Source: a virus (taxonomy: Duplodnaviria; Caudoviricetes). Taken from it: a DNA stretch of 64,000 bases. The position numbers were made by a program, and so were the translations under genes. Of this stretch, positions 8,287-19,394 are shown piece after piece; positions within the stretch are counted from its first letter, which is position 1; each line of letters opens with the position of its first letter. The DNA lies in IMG/VR virus record IMGVR_UViG_3300020049_011034, positions 416-64,415 of that record; one strand, given 5' to 3'. The notes under the pieces are model-generated. The model made no database searches. It had not been told where the DNA came from and saw only the letters and a list, made by a program, of their open reading frames with translations.

Positions 8287-10577
8287 TGCGACAAGTAGAA
8301 CTATACATCAACAACCTTACGATCGACTACAACGAGTTAAAGTCGATACCCGCGAGCATCCGTAAACGCACGGACAAGTTCCTGGAAATTGTGGGCGCTG
8401 ACGGCGCCGAGGTTGACAATGTGCTCAAGTCGCTGGTTATCCCCGATACCCCCGGCAACCAATCGAAACTGCAAACCCTGATGACACAAGGGGTGCTGGG
8501 TCGCGGATCGACCCGGGTAAGCGTGAAGATGGTTGTCAACGGCATTATGATATTTGCCGGCCCCGGCATCCTGAAAAAAGCCACGAAGCGCAGCGGCGCG
8601 GCGGCCTCACACCTGCTCGAACTTCTTGGCGATGGGCTGAGTCTGTGGGAAAAGTTGGAAGGCGTTTCCCTGCGGTCGCTGGACCTTGGAGAAATCGCGT
8701 GGAGTTTTGCCAACATCCTTTCAAACTGGAACGACACAGACTTTTCTATTTTCAAGGCATGGTTTTGCCCGGTGGTGTACGGATCGGAGCGCGGAACCGG
8801 CGTGTTCGATATAAAGGACTTCCGGCCATCGGTAGGATTTAAGCCGATCGTTGATGCCATATTCCAGGGGCAGGGCTACACCGTGGTGTCGGAATTTTTC
8901 GACACCTACTTTTTCCGGCGCCATGCGCATACGTTTGGCGTTGGTGATCTGTGGAAACTCCACGACCCGGACTGGCAGACCGCGTACATCAAGGCCAGTT
9001 TCGGCGCTCAAACATGCTGGACCATCGGGTTTGTATCCGGTATCTATATCATCTACGAGCCTGACGATGATCCGAGTACGATGTACTTCGAGAACGGGCA
9101 ACCTCAATTCGAGGTCAGCCCGCCGAATTTCGTCAACCAGAACTACGTCAACTACATCGAGGCGCAAATACCCGGATACTACAAGGTCAAGGTAACCATC
9201 AATTCGGAGGATGATATAGACCAACTGACTTTGTTTGTATTAAGGCCCGGTAATCCCACACCGATATTCGAGCCTACGTTTGCCGTGACCGCCACGGCAA
9301 TAGACAGCCCCGGCGTATTGGTCGAGGCTGAGTTCCTGTTGGAAGCGGGAGATCAAATACACATTATCTGCCTGACCGAAGTCACGCCAAGCGGATTCGA
9401 GGTGAACATCCGTTCGGTGAAAGTCCATGTGTACATGCTCAACAAGCCGTTCATAGGGTCGGATATTGATGTGGCATCCTGCCTGCCGGACGAGGAGGTA
9501 AAATCTTTCCTGCGCGGCATCTCGCACATGTTCTGCCTGGCCTGGGCAATTGACGATGTGACAAAGCGCGTGTTCTGTGAGCCGCGTTTCGATTACACCC
9601 TGATCGAAGATGGGGCGCCGATTGTTCGTAAAGGTTTCTACCGGCGTGACTGGCCGCTCAAAACTTTCGAGGTAGACGCTGAGGAGGTTGAAGTCGAATA
9701 CGTGTCGCCATTCGGTGAGTCGCTGAAACTTGCATACAAAGAGGACAGCAACGACCCGATGGAAAAAGCAACTTTGGCCGCGCTACAACGAGCCAACACC
9801 AAGAAGATACCGCCGTACTACACCGACATTGATTTGTACGACCGGGGCGCAAAGGCGGAGACTTCGCAAAACCCCTACTTCGCTACGCTGTACCAAAGCC
9901 AGCCCAGCGACATCGAATTGCGCGAGGATGCGTACCTGCCCACGATATTGCCATCCTCGTACAAACGAGGCGACAAACTTCCCGGCATCATCTGGACGCC
10001 GTTTGGACAGCCACAGAAGCGGGAAGAAATGCCGACGTATGAGGGCAATCCAAAGTGCGGCATCATGTTCCCGGATGCGCTTTCCTTCGCGTTTCACTAC
10101 GACGATACCGAAACGACTTATTTCAGCGAAGGCGCCCGCGCCCCGTGGATCACGCAGCATAAGTGGATCGACATCGGCGGCGGTCCTGCGCTGGCAGACT
10201 GGGACTTTGCGCCGGCGTACCCTGACCTGGTATCGAAGGATGCAGACCGGAATATCAGGGGGCTGGTATCCACATTCTACCCGACTTACATCAGCACCAT
10301 AAAGGAGGGGCAGGTATTGAGTGGGCGCATAAACATTCCGCTGCCATCAGTAGCCGCACTGAATTACCGGGAAATGCGGCGAATGCCGTACGATGCCAAC
10401 GAATCGGTGTGGATATTGCTGGAACTGTCTGGATACAAACCCCTGATCGGTGATGAGTGTGATGCTCAACTTGTCAAGTATGTGACAGCCAGGCAGGAAG
10501 ACATGGACGCCGTGACATACGATGACCCCGACATTGACCCCATCGTGCCGGATATTGCACCCGAAAATATTGAATAA
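8286..10577 (+). CDS. baseplate hub/tail-tip-like protein
   Basis: About 763 aa starting MRQVELYIN; directly upstream of the tape measure gene and coupled to it. Confidence 0.55.
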   Translation: MRQVELYINNLTIDYNELKSIPASIRKRTDKFLEIVGADGAEVDNVLKSLVIPDTPGNQSKLQTLMTQGVLGRGSTRVSVKMVVNGIMIFAGPGILKKATKRSGAAASHLLELLGDGLSLWEKLEGVSLRSLDLGEIAWSFANILSNWNDTDFSIFKAWFCPVVYGSERGTGVFDIKDFRPSVGFKPIVDAIFQGQGYTVVSEFFDTYFFRRHAHTFGVGDLWKLHDPDWQTAYIKASFGAQTCWTIGFVSGIYIIYEPDDDPSTMYFENGQPQFEVSPPNFVNQNYVNYIEAQIPGYYKVKVTINSEDDIDQLTLFVLRPGNPTPIFEPTFAVTATAIDSPGVLVEAEFLLEAGDQIHIICLTEVTPSGFEVNIRSVKVHVYMLNKPFIGSDIDVASCLPDEEVKSFLRGISHMFCLAWAIDDVTKRVFCEPRFDYTLIEDGAPIVRKGFYRRDWPLKTFEVDAEEVEVEYVSPFGESLKLAYKEDSNDPMEKATLAALQRANTKKIPPYYTDIDLYDRGAKAETSQNPYFATLYQSQPSDIELREDAYLPTILPSSYKRGDKLPGIIWTPFGQPQKREEMPTYEGNPKCGIMFPDALSFAFHYDDTETTYFSEGARAPWITQHKWIDIGGGPALADWDFAPAYPDLVSKDADRNIRGLVSTFYPTYISTIKEGQVLSGRINIPLPSVAALNYREMRRMPYDANESVWILLELSGYKPLIGDECDAQLVKYVTARQEDMDAVTYDDPDIDPIVPDIAPENIE

Positions 10578-13500
10578 TGGGATCCGAAAGAGTCATATCG
10601 CTACGCCTGCAACTCAAAGGCGAAGACCAGGTAATCGCTTCCTTGGGCGAGGTGAACGCCACGCTTGAAGAATCGGGGCAAATCCTGAAGGACATAAACG
10701 AGAAGTCGCGGGCGCTCGACACGCTTACCCGGAAACTCAAGGACATGTCCGCCGAACTGGAGTCGGTATCCCGGAGGTTGGCCGCTGCCCAGGCCGGTAC
10801 AGGCACGGGTAATGTCACGCAGTTGGAGCAGCAACAAAAGCGGCTGCGCAACGAGATCAACCAGACCAAAGAAAGCGTAGCCGACCTGCGCAAACAACTT
10901 GCCGGTGTCGAGCAGGGGTCAGACGCATACACTGACATCATACGGAAAATCGCGGCGGCGAAGGGTGAGCAGAAGTTGTTGAACGATGAAATCCGAAAGC
11001 AGCAGGTCGCTTTTGAGCGGACGAAAGTTGCAGCCGGTTCATACCGAGACCTTGAACTGCAACTGCAACAACTGCGCGGCGAATACCGGCAACTTGGAGA
11101 AGCACAAATAAAGGCCGGGCTGGGCGACAACCTGCTAAAGCAGATCGGGCAACTGGATAAGCAGTTGAAATCTATTGATGCCAACATGGGCATCTATACG
11201 CGCAACGTGGGCAACTACGCCAGCGCGTTCGACGGCCTTGTGGGGGTTACACAGCGCCTTGCACCAATAATCGGCCTGACGGTAGGTGTAACCGAATTCA
11301 TACAGGCCAACGCGCAGGCAAGCGACGCAGTGGCCGACGTAGCAAAAACCGCCAACGCCTCGATACCGGCCATACAGCGGCTCCAGGAAGAGTTGAAGTT
11401 TCGCAATACGCGCACTTCGCTGGTTGACCAGTTGCAGATCGCCGAGATCGGCGGCCAGTTGGGTGTGGTAGAGAATGATTTGAAAGCCTTCACCGAAGCG
11501 ACCGACGTGGTGACGGTAGCCCTGAAGGACGAGTTCGGCGGATCCGTCGAGGAGGTTACCAAGCAGGTAGCAACCCTGCGAAATGTAATACCGGGTTTGA
11601 AGACAGAAGATGTGGCCACAGACATCTTGCAGATCGGCAATGCGCTGAACTTCCTTTCTTCGTCCGGCAACGCTACGGCGCCGTCCATTGCGGATTTTGT
11701 GAATCGCCTATCCGGTGTAGCCGGCCCCCTGAATGTCTCCAAGGCGTCTATATTCGGCTTGTCCGCGACGCTCGACGAACTGGGCGTGTCGGCTGAGCGC
11801 GGCGCCACTGCGGTTCAGAACACACTATTCAAGATCGGCGAGGCGCCGGACAAGTTTGCGGCCATCGCGGGCAAGGGTGCTGCCGAGTTCAGACAGTTGG
11901 TAGAGCGCGACATCGTGGCAGCCTTTGGGCTTGTCACGAAAGGGGCTGCGGAAAGCAGTGAAAAAAATACTGAATTCATCAAGTTACTTGGTGAATTTGG
12001 CATAGAGGGCGCCCGCGAGATTGAGACATTTGGCAAACTCGGTGAGAATTACGACATACTTACCCAGCGCATCCAGCAGGCCGGCGAAGCCCTGGAAGAT
12101 ACAGCGTCGGTACAGCAGGAGTTCGAGAAGAAAAACAACAATTTCGCAGCGTCGGTGGACAAAGTAAAAAACGCGGTCATCAACCTGACGGTGAACACCG
12201 ATCTGCAGGACTTCTTATCGGGAGCGCTCAGCGGCGTGGCTTCGCTCATCAATGCGCTGGCGCTGCTACCCCGAATCCTGGCCGAAAACAAAACCGAGTT
12301 TGTGGCGCTGGCGCTGGCCATTGCTGCGTTCAACCGGGAGGCCATACTTGCAACCGTTGCGAGCATCAGACAATCGGCTGCATACTTACTGCTCACGGAT
12401 GCCACGCGCCGGCAGGCGCTGGCACAGGGCATTTTGAACACGGTAACCAAGGCGTTCCCACTGCTGGCGATTATCGCCGTTGTGTATGCCGGCGTGAAGG
12501 CTTACCAGGCACTCACAGAATCCACTGACGCGGCAACCCGCGCATCAGAGCGCCTGAGTGATGCACAAAAGGAAATCGCGGAGGAATCTGCCCGCGAAGC
12601 ATCGGTACTCAACAAGAACATCGAAATACTGAAAAGTGCATCGTCGAGCACCAAGGAACGCGCCGATGCCATCAAGGCCCTGCAGGAAGCATACCCTGAA
12701 TACTTGCGCGGTATGGACCTGGAAAAACTGTCGGTGTCTGAACTTACCAGTCTGCAAAAGCGCCTCACCGATGAGATAATCCGCAGCGTAGCCGAGCGCA
12801 AAAAGGCAGCCGCGCAAGATGAGGTGGCTACCAAGATCATCGAAAAACAATTGCGCATCCAGGAGATACGCACGCAAGGCCAAGACGCCATCGGCTTTTT
12901 CGAGCAGATACGCCTTGGCTCCGGGGGTACCGACATTGAAAAGAACGTGCAGACGGTGATCGGAAACCTGGAAAAAGAGTTGAAGGACCTGCAAAAGGAA
13001 TTTGATGAGACCGGCAAAAAGTTTGACGAGGCGTTCCAACTGCGCCGAACCGGTACAGAAGAAATCGCAGCATCGGCGGTAAACGAGGTGCTGGCCGAGC
13101 AGGCAGAAAAAGCCCGGAAGGTTCAGACCGACCTGCGCAAACTCACCATCGAGCAACTCAAAGCGCTTGACACCGATGCGGCCAAGGCCGAAATCGAGCG
13201 CAGGGAGAAAGCGGACAAGCGGCTCAAGGAACTGGCTGAGCAGCGGGCAAAAGACGAAAAGGCCGCGGCGGAAAACATCTACAAACTCCAACAGGACCTG
13301 ATAAAGCGCACGTTCGAGGGCCGCATCCAGTTGGCAAAAAACGAAACCGCCAACGCGATATCCGCGCTGGTCGGAACGCCACAGCAGATCGAAGCCCAGC
13401 GAGCGCTGTTGCAGGAAAAACTCAAGCAGACGATTGCCGAAATCGAAAAGGAGCGGTCGGCGGCACAAACAAAGGCGCTTGCAGACATCGAGGCATTTCG

Positions 13501-14998
13501 CGTGGCCGCCGAGGAAGCCCGCGCCCGCAATGCCGCTGACAGCAGTGGCAGGCAGTTGGAGACAATACGCAACCTCAACCAAATTGACGAGACCAAGGCC
13601 CAAGGCTTTTTCACGCTCGAACAACAGCGACTTGATGAGCAGTTCAGGCAGGGCCTTATCTCGCAGGAAGACTACAACGAGCGCTCACAAATCCTGGAAC
13701 TACAACACCAACGGGCAATCTTCGAGATACGCAACGAGTCCGCAGTCGCAGAAAAGACCGTTATCGTACAGCAGCAGCAGGAAAAGTTGGCGGCGCTCGC
13801 TGCCGGCTTCCAGCAGGAACTTGCGCAGATCAACGAGCAGGAAGCCGCCCGACGCGCATTACTGGATGGACAACTCGAAACCGGGGCCATCGACCAACCC
13901 ACGTTCGACACTGCCGTTGCGGAAAACGAAGCGGCAGCGCGACAAGCCCGTCTTGATGCCGAGCGGGAATTCCGTGAGGAGCAGGCTATCATCATCCAGG
14001 ATGCCTCACAACAAATCCTCGATACTGAGGTGGAGTTGGCTGAACAATCCCTGCAACTCCAACAAGACACTGATGCACAAAAACTGGAATCCGCACGGCG
14101 TACGGCAGAGCAAATAAATGCTCTGCAAAACGCGCAACTGGATTCGGTCAGCGAGTTCATTGGCGGTGTATCGCGCCTGCTACAGCAGGATGTGGAGAAT
14201 CGGCGCAAGTACGGCGTCATCCTAAAAACGCTGGCGCTGGCAGAAATTGCCATCAACCTGCGCAAGGAGCTGTCGGCAATCTCGCTGGCCGCTATACAGG
14301 CCGGCGCGGCTACCGGTCCTTTCGGCGTGTTTGCGGCGGGCGGTATCTACGCAGCCCAGGCAGCGGCGGCCATCATTCGCGCGGCGTTCAACTCAGCGCA
14401 GGTACTGTTGCAAAAGTTCGAGTATGGCGGCGTGATACCCACGCAGCAGTCTATTGCAGAGGTCGAGGGCGGGCATATCCCTGGCGAATCGGGAGAGATC
14501 AAGGGGCGCCCACACAGCAAAGGCGGGGTGAAGGCAGTGTACAACGGGCGACTTGTCGAGTTTGAGGGGGGGGAATATCACCTGAGAAACGGCAAAGAGA
14601 CGTACATCATCAACAAGAAATCCACGCAGCGATTCAAGGAAACATTGCTGCGGATCAGCGACGGGCCCAAACGGTTCAGCCGCGCCCGGAAAGAAATTGC
14701 CTCGAAAATCAACGCCTACGGCGGATGGGGCAAGAAATTTGCTACCGGTGGCATAGCGCCGTCACCGCTTGACGTGAATCCGCTGGCAGCCCCGCAGGTA
14801 ACCACGCAGTCGGAAATGGTGCTCAATGCCGCGAGCCGCGAAGACCTGGACGCTGTACTGCAGGTCGCTAAAGGAGCGCTTGCAATGGCAGCAGCAACAA
14901 GCACCCGAATTGATAATATCCGGGTAATAAACGACCCGCTGGAAACCATAGAGCGCGGAACGGAGCAACAGGAGATTAAAGCTGTCAGGACATTATGA
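10577..14998 (+). CDS. tail tape measure protein
   Basis: 1473 aa, Ala/Glu/Gln-rich coiled coil with a TP901-like core (IAEIGGQLG...FVNRLSGVA), hydrophobic segments, and C-terminal KFEYGGVI...GRPHSKGGV. Confidence 0.9.
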   Translation: MGSERVISLRLQLKGEDQVIASLGEVNATLEESGQILKDINEKSRALDTLTRKLKDMSAELESVSRRLAAAQAGTGTGNVTQLEQQQKRLRNEINQTKESVADLRKQLAGVEQGSDAYTDIIRKIAAAKGEQKLLNDEIRKQQVAFERTKVAAGSYRDLELQLQQLRGEYRQLGEAQIKAGLGDNLLKQIGQLDKQLKSIDANMGIYTRNVGNYASAFDGLVGVTQRLAPIIGLTVGVTEFIQANAQASDAVADVAKTANASIPAIQRLQEELKFRNTRTSLVDQLQIAEIGGQLGVVENDLKAFTEATDVVTVALKDEFGGSVEEVTKQVATLRNVIPGLKTEDVATDILQIGNALNFLSSSGNATAPSIADFVNRLSGVAGPLNVSKASIFGLSATLDELGVSAERGATAVQNTLFKIGEAPDKFAAIAGKGAAEFRQLVERDIVAAFGLVTKGAAESSEKNTEFIKLLGEFGIEGAREIETFGKLGENYDILTQRIQQAGEALEDTASVQQEFEKKNNNFAASVDKVKNAVINLTVNTDLQDFLSGALSGVASLINALALLPRILAENKTEFVALALAIAAFNREAILATVASIRQSAAYLLLTDATRRQALAQGILNTVTKAFPLLAIIAVVYAGVKAYQALTESTDAATRASERLSDAQKEIAEESAREASVLNKNIEILKSASSSTKERADAIKALQEAYPEYLRGMDLEKLSVSELTSLQKRLTDEIIRSVAERKKAAAQDEVATKIIEKQLRIQEIRTQGQDAIGFFEQIRLGSGGTDIEKNVQTVIGNLEKELKDLQKEFDETGKKFDEAFQLRRTGTEEIAASAVNEVLAEQAEKARKVQTDLRKLTIEQLKALDTDAAKAEIERREKADKRLKELAEQRAKDEKAAAENIYKLQQDLIKRTFEGRIQLAKNETANAISALVGTPQQIEAQRALLQEKLKQTIAEIEKERSAAQTKALADIEAFRVAAEEARARNAADSSGRQLETIRNLNQIDETKAQGFFTLEQQRLDEQFRQGLISQEDYNERSQILELQHQRAIFEIRNESAVAEKTVIVQQQQEKLAALAAGFQQELAQINEQEAARRALLDGQLETGAIDQPTFDTAVAENEAAARQARLDAEREFREEQAIIIQDASQQILDTEVELAEQSLQLQQDTDAQKLESARRTAEQINALQNAQLDSVSEFIGGVSRLLQQDVENRRKYGVILKTLALAEIAINLRKELSAISLAAIQAGAATGPFGVFAAGGIYAAQAAAAIIRAAFNSAQVLLQKFEYGGVIPTQQSIAEVEGGHIPGESGEIKGRPHSKGGVKAVYNGRLVEFEGGEYHLRNGKETYIINKKSTQRFKETLLRISDGPKRFSRARKEIASKINAYGGWGKKFATGGIAPSPLDVNPLAAPQVTTQSEMVLNAASREDLDAVLQVAKGALAMAAATSTRIDNIRVINDPLETIERGTEQQEIKAVRTL

Positions 14999-15228
14999 TC
15001 GTAATTGCAAACTATTCGGAGCGCGATGTACGCCTGTACAAAATACCCGGCGAGCATCATAGCGAAATCCAGGAAGCCTACGAGCGGGCAGAATGGCTGT
15101 GGCTCATCAAAAGATGGAACGAGCACGAGGTTACCCACGTGCGTCTTTGTTCCACTTGCCCCGATAGTATCCGCGTTGTGAAGGCCTTTATACCGCTTCT
15201 ATGGCAAGAGTCAACCTCAACGAAATAA
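14995..15228 (+). CDS. hypothetical protein
   Basis: 77-aa ORF, ATGA-coupled to the tape measure gene. Confidence 0.55.
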   Translation: MIVIANYSERDVRLYKIPGEHHSEIQEAYERAEWLWLIKRWNEHEVTHVRLCSTCPDSIRVVKAFIPLLWQESTSTK

Positions 15229-15548
15229 TCCGGGACGGGCGCGGCGCCACCCGGCAGGAAAAGAACATGTTGTTCATGGATTATGTCTGTGAAACAACCT
15301 GCATCCGCGTCATCAAATTAATGTCGGAGCATGAGATAAACCGCATCTTGGCACTGCATTTGTTTGATTTCCACGTACTGCAACTCAATCGCGACAGGGG
15401 TTTAATGATTCGGCACATAGGGCTTGCCCTCGGCGTTACCAAATCAACGATGTATCGTTGGTTTCCTGCCAGCGCCGATCGAGAATCAGTTTACGACGAA
15501 CCTCAACGCGATGCCCAAATTTCTCCAGCACCTCAACGAAATTATTGA
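15201..15548 (+). CDS. putative helix-turn-helix protein
   Basis: IRHIGLALGVTKSTMYRW resembles an HTH recognition helix. Confidence 0.45.
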   Translation: MARVNLNEIIRDGRGATRQEKNMLFMDYVCETTCIRVIKLMSEHEINRILALHLFDFHVLQLNRDRGLMIRHIGLALGVTKSTMYRWFPASADRESVYDEPQRDAQISPAPQRNY

Positions 15549-15846
15549 CTCCTCCGCTGTCGCGCTGCTCAGCGCCCTTTCCCGTGTGCTGTTTATGTCC
15601 GGCAATGACTTCAAGGCCCGGGCCGCTACATTTGTGGCCTCAATCTGCGTCGGCCTTGTCTCCGGCATCATAGTGTCCAACTTTGAGTCGCTTCAATCGT
15701 GGAGCGACCTGGTTGTTTGCGTCGGCGCCCTGTGCGCCCGCGAAACGATTGACTGGATCGCGAAAAAGATGGCCAATCCTTTGGCGTTTTTTTGGGAACT
15801 TCGCAGCCAAAAGCAACCCGATGACAAAGATTCTGACCGTACTTAA
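15511..15846 (+). CDS. holin-like membrane protein
   Basis: Up to three hydrophobic segments and a charged C-terminal tail. Confidence 0.5.
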   Translation: MPKFLQHLNEIIDSSAVALLSALSRVLFMSGNDFKARAATFVASICVGLVSGIIVSNFESLQSWSDLVVCVGALCARETIDWIAKKMANPLAFFWELRSQKQPDDKDSDRT

Positions 15847-16099
15847 CCTTGTAGGAAGCGCCTCAGCGTTCATCTATTTGCTGTGGTGTATGCGCACGAC
15901 AACCCGCGATGACGCTCACCCACTGCTGATTAAGTTCGAGTGGGGGCTACTCACGGCCCTCGGCCTCACATTTCTGCACCAACTTCGGGTGCTCGTCGGT
16001 GATGTCCTACCGGCATACATACCTTCCGGCTTTTCGCACCTCACCACATGGATTTCGGCAATTTTATTTGCCCGCTACCTGCGCATGGAATTTAAATAG
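15821..16099 (+). CDS. small membrane protein
   Basis: 92 aa with three hydrophobic stretches. Confidence 0.5.
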   Translation: MTKILTVLNLVGSASAFIYLLWCMRTTTRDDAHPLLIKFEWGLLTALGLTFLHQLRVLVGDVLPAYIPSGFSHLTTWISAILFARYLRMEFK

Positions 16100-16158
16100 G
16101 TTCCCACGATTGGGAATAAAGCGGCGCAACGGCACGGGTGTTGTTTCACCTTTGCATC

Positions 16159-17523
16159 ATGCCAAAGAAATTCGTTTTTGGGAAACAGGCCGTAGCCGCA
16201 TTCGACCGCAAAGGCAAGGCGCTCAATGTAGCGCCGGCCATGAACATCGCAGGCGGTACCGTCAACATCATGATCTGGGGCGAAATCTCAGAGTGGTGGG
16301 GCGTCAACAGCCGCGATGTGTACTGGGCACTCAAAGGCCAGAACATTTCCCAGATCAACGTCTTCATTTCTTCTCCAGGTGGCGAGATCGACCAGGCGTT
16401 CGTAATTCACGACATGCTATTGGGTCACCCGGCCAATGTCACGGCCTATCTCGTAGGCCAGTGCGCCAGCGCCGCCACCATCATCTCCTGCTCAGCCGAC
16501 GAGGTTGTAATGTCCAACCAGTGCATCTACATGATCCACAAGCCGCAATGGATTTGCTGGGGCGATGCGGACGCAATGGGCAAGGCGCAGGAAATACTGA
16601 ACAAGTACCAGTCCCTGATCGTGAATGTATACAAGCGGAAAACAGGCATGGTCGCTGACATTCTCAACGACCTGATGAACGAAGAAACCTGGTTCGAGCC
16701 TACCGAGGCTCTTGCGCTGGGCTTTGTAGACCAGGTCGTGGATACTATAGAAGTTGACTTCCTGTTGCCCACAACTGGCACTGCGCAGATGGACAACCCC
16801 GATACCAACACATTCGACAATACCAATACATACCGGGTCGCTGCGCTTGCAGCCCTTCAAAAGGGATTGACCCCGTACAATAAAGCGGCTGCCCGCAAAC
16901 TATCACGCACAAAATCCAACACCATGTTCGGTAAAGACTTTTTCACCAACATCCTGAATTTCCTGAACGGCGAAAAAGCACTCGCCAAAAATGCCGATGT
17001 CGACGACCTGGCCGAAACACTTGCCGGTGACGAAGACCTGGCCCAAACCCTCCAGAACTCGGCGATTGAAAGCGCTGTGAACACTGCGGTCGCAAAGGTC
17101 AAACCGACCGCCCTGACGATGGAAAGCCTTGTGGCGCTGGTCGAGAAGGCCGGTGACGAAGATAAAGCCAAAATCGCCGCTGCGCTCAACATCAAACCCG
17201 CTGAAGCGAAAAAGCCTGCCGCCAAGAAAACGGAAGGTGAAGATGGCGAAGATGATGAGGACGAGGGCGAGGACGACAACTACACCGCGCTCAAAAACCA
17301 ATTGCAGGGCGCGCTGAACGAAATTGCAAAACTCAAAAAAGGCGGATCACCCACGACCGACACCAACGGAAAGTCCTCTGTGAAGCCGAAAACCGGCGAC
17401 AAAGAAGATGGCAAGATTCCGCAGGCCCAACTGGACATCGCCCTCAACGCGCTCAAGAAAAACCAGATCACCCGCGAGCAATTCAAGAACATAACCGGTC
17501 AGGAAGCGCCGGCGCGGCTTTAA
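16159..17523 (+). CDS. Clp-type prohead protease with scaffold-like C-terminal region
   Basis: ISSPGGEI, CASAATII (catalytic Ser), YMIHKP (His), ETWFEPTEALALGFVD; acidic/low-complexity C-terminal half. Confidence 0.9.
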   Translation: MPKKFVFGKQAVAAFDRKGKALNVAPAMNIAGGTVNIMIWGEISEWWGVNSRDVYWALKGQNISQINVFISSPGGEIDQAFVIHDMLLGHPANVTAYLVGQCASAATIISCSADEVVMSNQCIYMIHKPQWICWGDADAMGKAQEILNKYQSLIVNVYKRKTGMVADILNDLMNEETWFEPTEALALGFVDQVVDTIEVDFLLPTTGTAQMDNPDTNTFDNTNTYRVAALAALQKGLTPYNKAAARKLSRTKSNTMFGKDFFTNILNFLNGEKALAKNADVDDLAETLAGDEDLAQTLQNSAIESAVNTAVAKVKPTALTMESLVALVEKAGDEDKAKIAAALNIKPAEAKKPAAKKTEGEDGEDDEDEGEDDNYTALKNQLQGALNEIAKLKKGGSPTTDTNGKSSVKPKTGDKEDGKIPQAQLDIALNALKKNQITREQFKNITGQEAPARL

Positions 17524-17586
17524 TTCCGCTGCCAGATTCCTGCCTGAACCATAACTACTTCTAATTCACACAAATAAACACAAAGC

Positions 17587-18750
17587 ATGGAACCCATCAT
17601 CCTGCTCGACCTGGACACGCATGACGTCAACGCGCTCGTACTCGAACCCGCGTTCAATTACGACAACGTGTTCCAGCGGAACCTGAACGTCTATAAGTTC
17701 GAGATAGGCGTTACCAAATTCCGCATGACGCACCTGAGCCGTCCGACGAACGTCCTGCAACCCAAACTCGGCTGCGACGACTGGGTGCCTACGGTAAACT
17801 TCTCGCTGCGCCCCTGGGAGATCAGCAGCGTGGAATACGAACTCATGGGCGAACAATGCCCGGACGAGTTCGACCGCGGCTGTGCTCGCAACCTGAAAAA
17901 CAGCGCTGACGAACTCAACCGTCTGGGCGGCTCGAACCCCACGGTGAACGCCATCGAAATGGCAATGGCCATGCAGACCCGTTTCGCGCTGCGCGATTCC
18001 ATCTACAAGGTGGCATGGTTCGGCGACGTGAACTTCTCCGCGAAGGTATCCGCGGGCGCCGTGGACATTTCCGCACTGCCGCTCAAGGAGCAAACCAAAC
18101 TCACCAACATGCTCGAACACCACAACGGATGGTGGAGCGAGATTCAGGCACGTGTTGGCGCCAGTGGTGAGTATGTGAAAATCCGTTACGTGGACACCAA
18201 CGACGGCACATCGGGCGGTAACGCCACCGACCCGGCAAACATTGCCGACTACCTGCGCCAACTGCGCATGTCCGCACACCCGATCCTGCAATTCTGGAAC
18301 CTCGACCGCCCGAAATCTGAATGGCCGGTGTACCTGCTCCAGCGTGGACTGTTTGACGCCCTGTGGCGTTACTACCAGTCGCTGGGCACGGAGATCGCAA
18401 ACCAGTTTCTGATCGATGGCAAGCCTGTGGAAAATGCCCTGATGTTCGACGGGTATGTTTGTCTGCTCATGCCCGAATGGGACATGTTCGACTTCGAGAC
18501 CGGCAAGATGGCTCCCGGTGGCCAGTCGCTCACGCAGCGCGCCATCTTCACGGCGCCGGAAAACCTGTGCGGTATTGCTCACGCCAACTCGCTCGAAGGC
18601 CAACCCGACGCATCGCTCGTCATCCAGAAATCCCCGCTGATCAAGGATAAAGGCAAATCGTGGATGTATGCAAGCCTGGGCATCGGCTTCGGCATCGCGC
18701 AGCCCATCCTGATGACCGTGGGCTATAACTCCTCGGAAACCTACGCGTAA
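17587..18750 (+). CDS. major capsid protein
   Basis: 387 aa directly after the protease/scaffold; size, highly biased codons and C-terminal SLGIGFGIAQP consistent with HK97-fold capsid proteins. Confidence 0.75.
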   Translation: MEPIILLDLDTHDVNALVLEPAFNYDNVFQRNLNVYKFEIGVTKFRMTHLSRPTNVLQPKLGCDDWVPTVNFSLRPWEISSVEYELMGEQCPDEFDRGCARNLKNSADELNRLGGSNPTVNAIEMAMAMQTRFALRDSIYKVAWFGDVNFSAKVSAGAVDISALPLKEQTKLTNMLEHHNGWWSEIQARVGASGEYVKIRYVDTNDGTSGGNATDPANIADYLRQLRMSAHPILQFWNLDRPKSEWPVYLLQRGLFDALWRYYQSLGTEIANQFLIDGKPVENALMFDGYVCLLMPEWDMFDFETGKMAPGGQSLTQRAIFTAPENLCGIAHANSLEGQPDASLVIQKSPLIKDKGKSWMYASLGIGFGIAQPILMTVGYNSSETYA

Positions 18751-18786
18751 GCCACCCGATTCGTTTATCCATAAACTACTTCAACC

Positions 18787-19335
18787 ATGTCGGTAATAAC
18801 CGCTATTACGTTGGCAGAATGTCCCAAAGCGCGGGCAGGGATAAAAACGCTTTGGGCGGCCAACTGCGCCCAGGTGGACACCCTGACTTTCAACGCCTCG
18901 CGACAGATCACAGCCATTACGATGGTCGTGGCTACGCCTGCCAACACCTTCAAAAAGATCGACTTCGAGGAGAACACAGCATTCTTCAACCAGGCCAAAG
19001 TGCGCAACAAATCGGCGGTCAACGTCACACAGACGATTTCGTTTGTGGAGCCGGGCCTTTCGAACACGGTGCGCAATGCCCTCGAAGACCTCAACGGCAA
19101 CTGCTGCCTGCACGTGATCGTCCTGGACAACTCGAATAACTACCACTATGCCGGCATCTCGTTCGACCCGGAAAGTGAGGAGTGGCAGAGCGACAAGATG
19201 AAAACCGGCGAAGGTTCGTCCAACACCAACACCGACCCGACCGCAGACCAGGCAGAGTACATCGAGACGGTTGTCGGCAACTCCTCGTTCTACGCGCCCT
19301 TCTGGACGCTGGGCGAAGCGGGTATACCGGTATAA
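18787..19335 (+). CDS. major tail tube protein (paralogue 1)
   Basis: 182 aa, CPKARAGIKTLW...VTQTISF...VIVLDNSNNYHYAG pattern typical of Bacteroidota phage tail tubes. Confidence 0.6.
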   Translation: MSVITAITLAECPKARAGIKTLWAANCAQVDTLTFNASRQITAITMVVATPANTFKKIDFEENTAFFNQAKVRNKSAVNVTQTISFVEPGLSNTVRNALEDLNGNCCLHVIVLDNSNNYHYAGISFDPESEEWQSDKMKTGEGSSNTNTDPTADQAEYIETVVGNSSFYAPFWTLGEAGIPV

Positions 19336-19394
19336 CCCGGCGTAAGTTCACGGGCGGCTGGCCGCTCAATCATTCAACTGCAACAAATCTACAA

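Noticed and set aside
19333-19380. attC-like site after the tail tube gene (stop in TATAAC)
   Set aside because: Only a short CCCG/CGGG stem and no GTTR end; more likely an mRNA stability hairpin.
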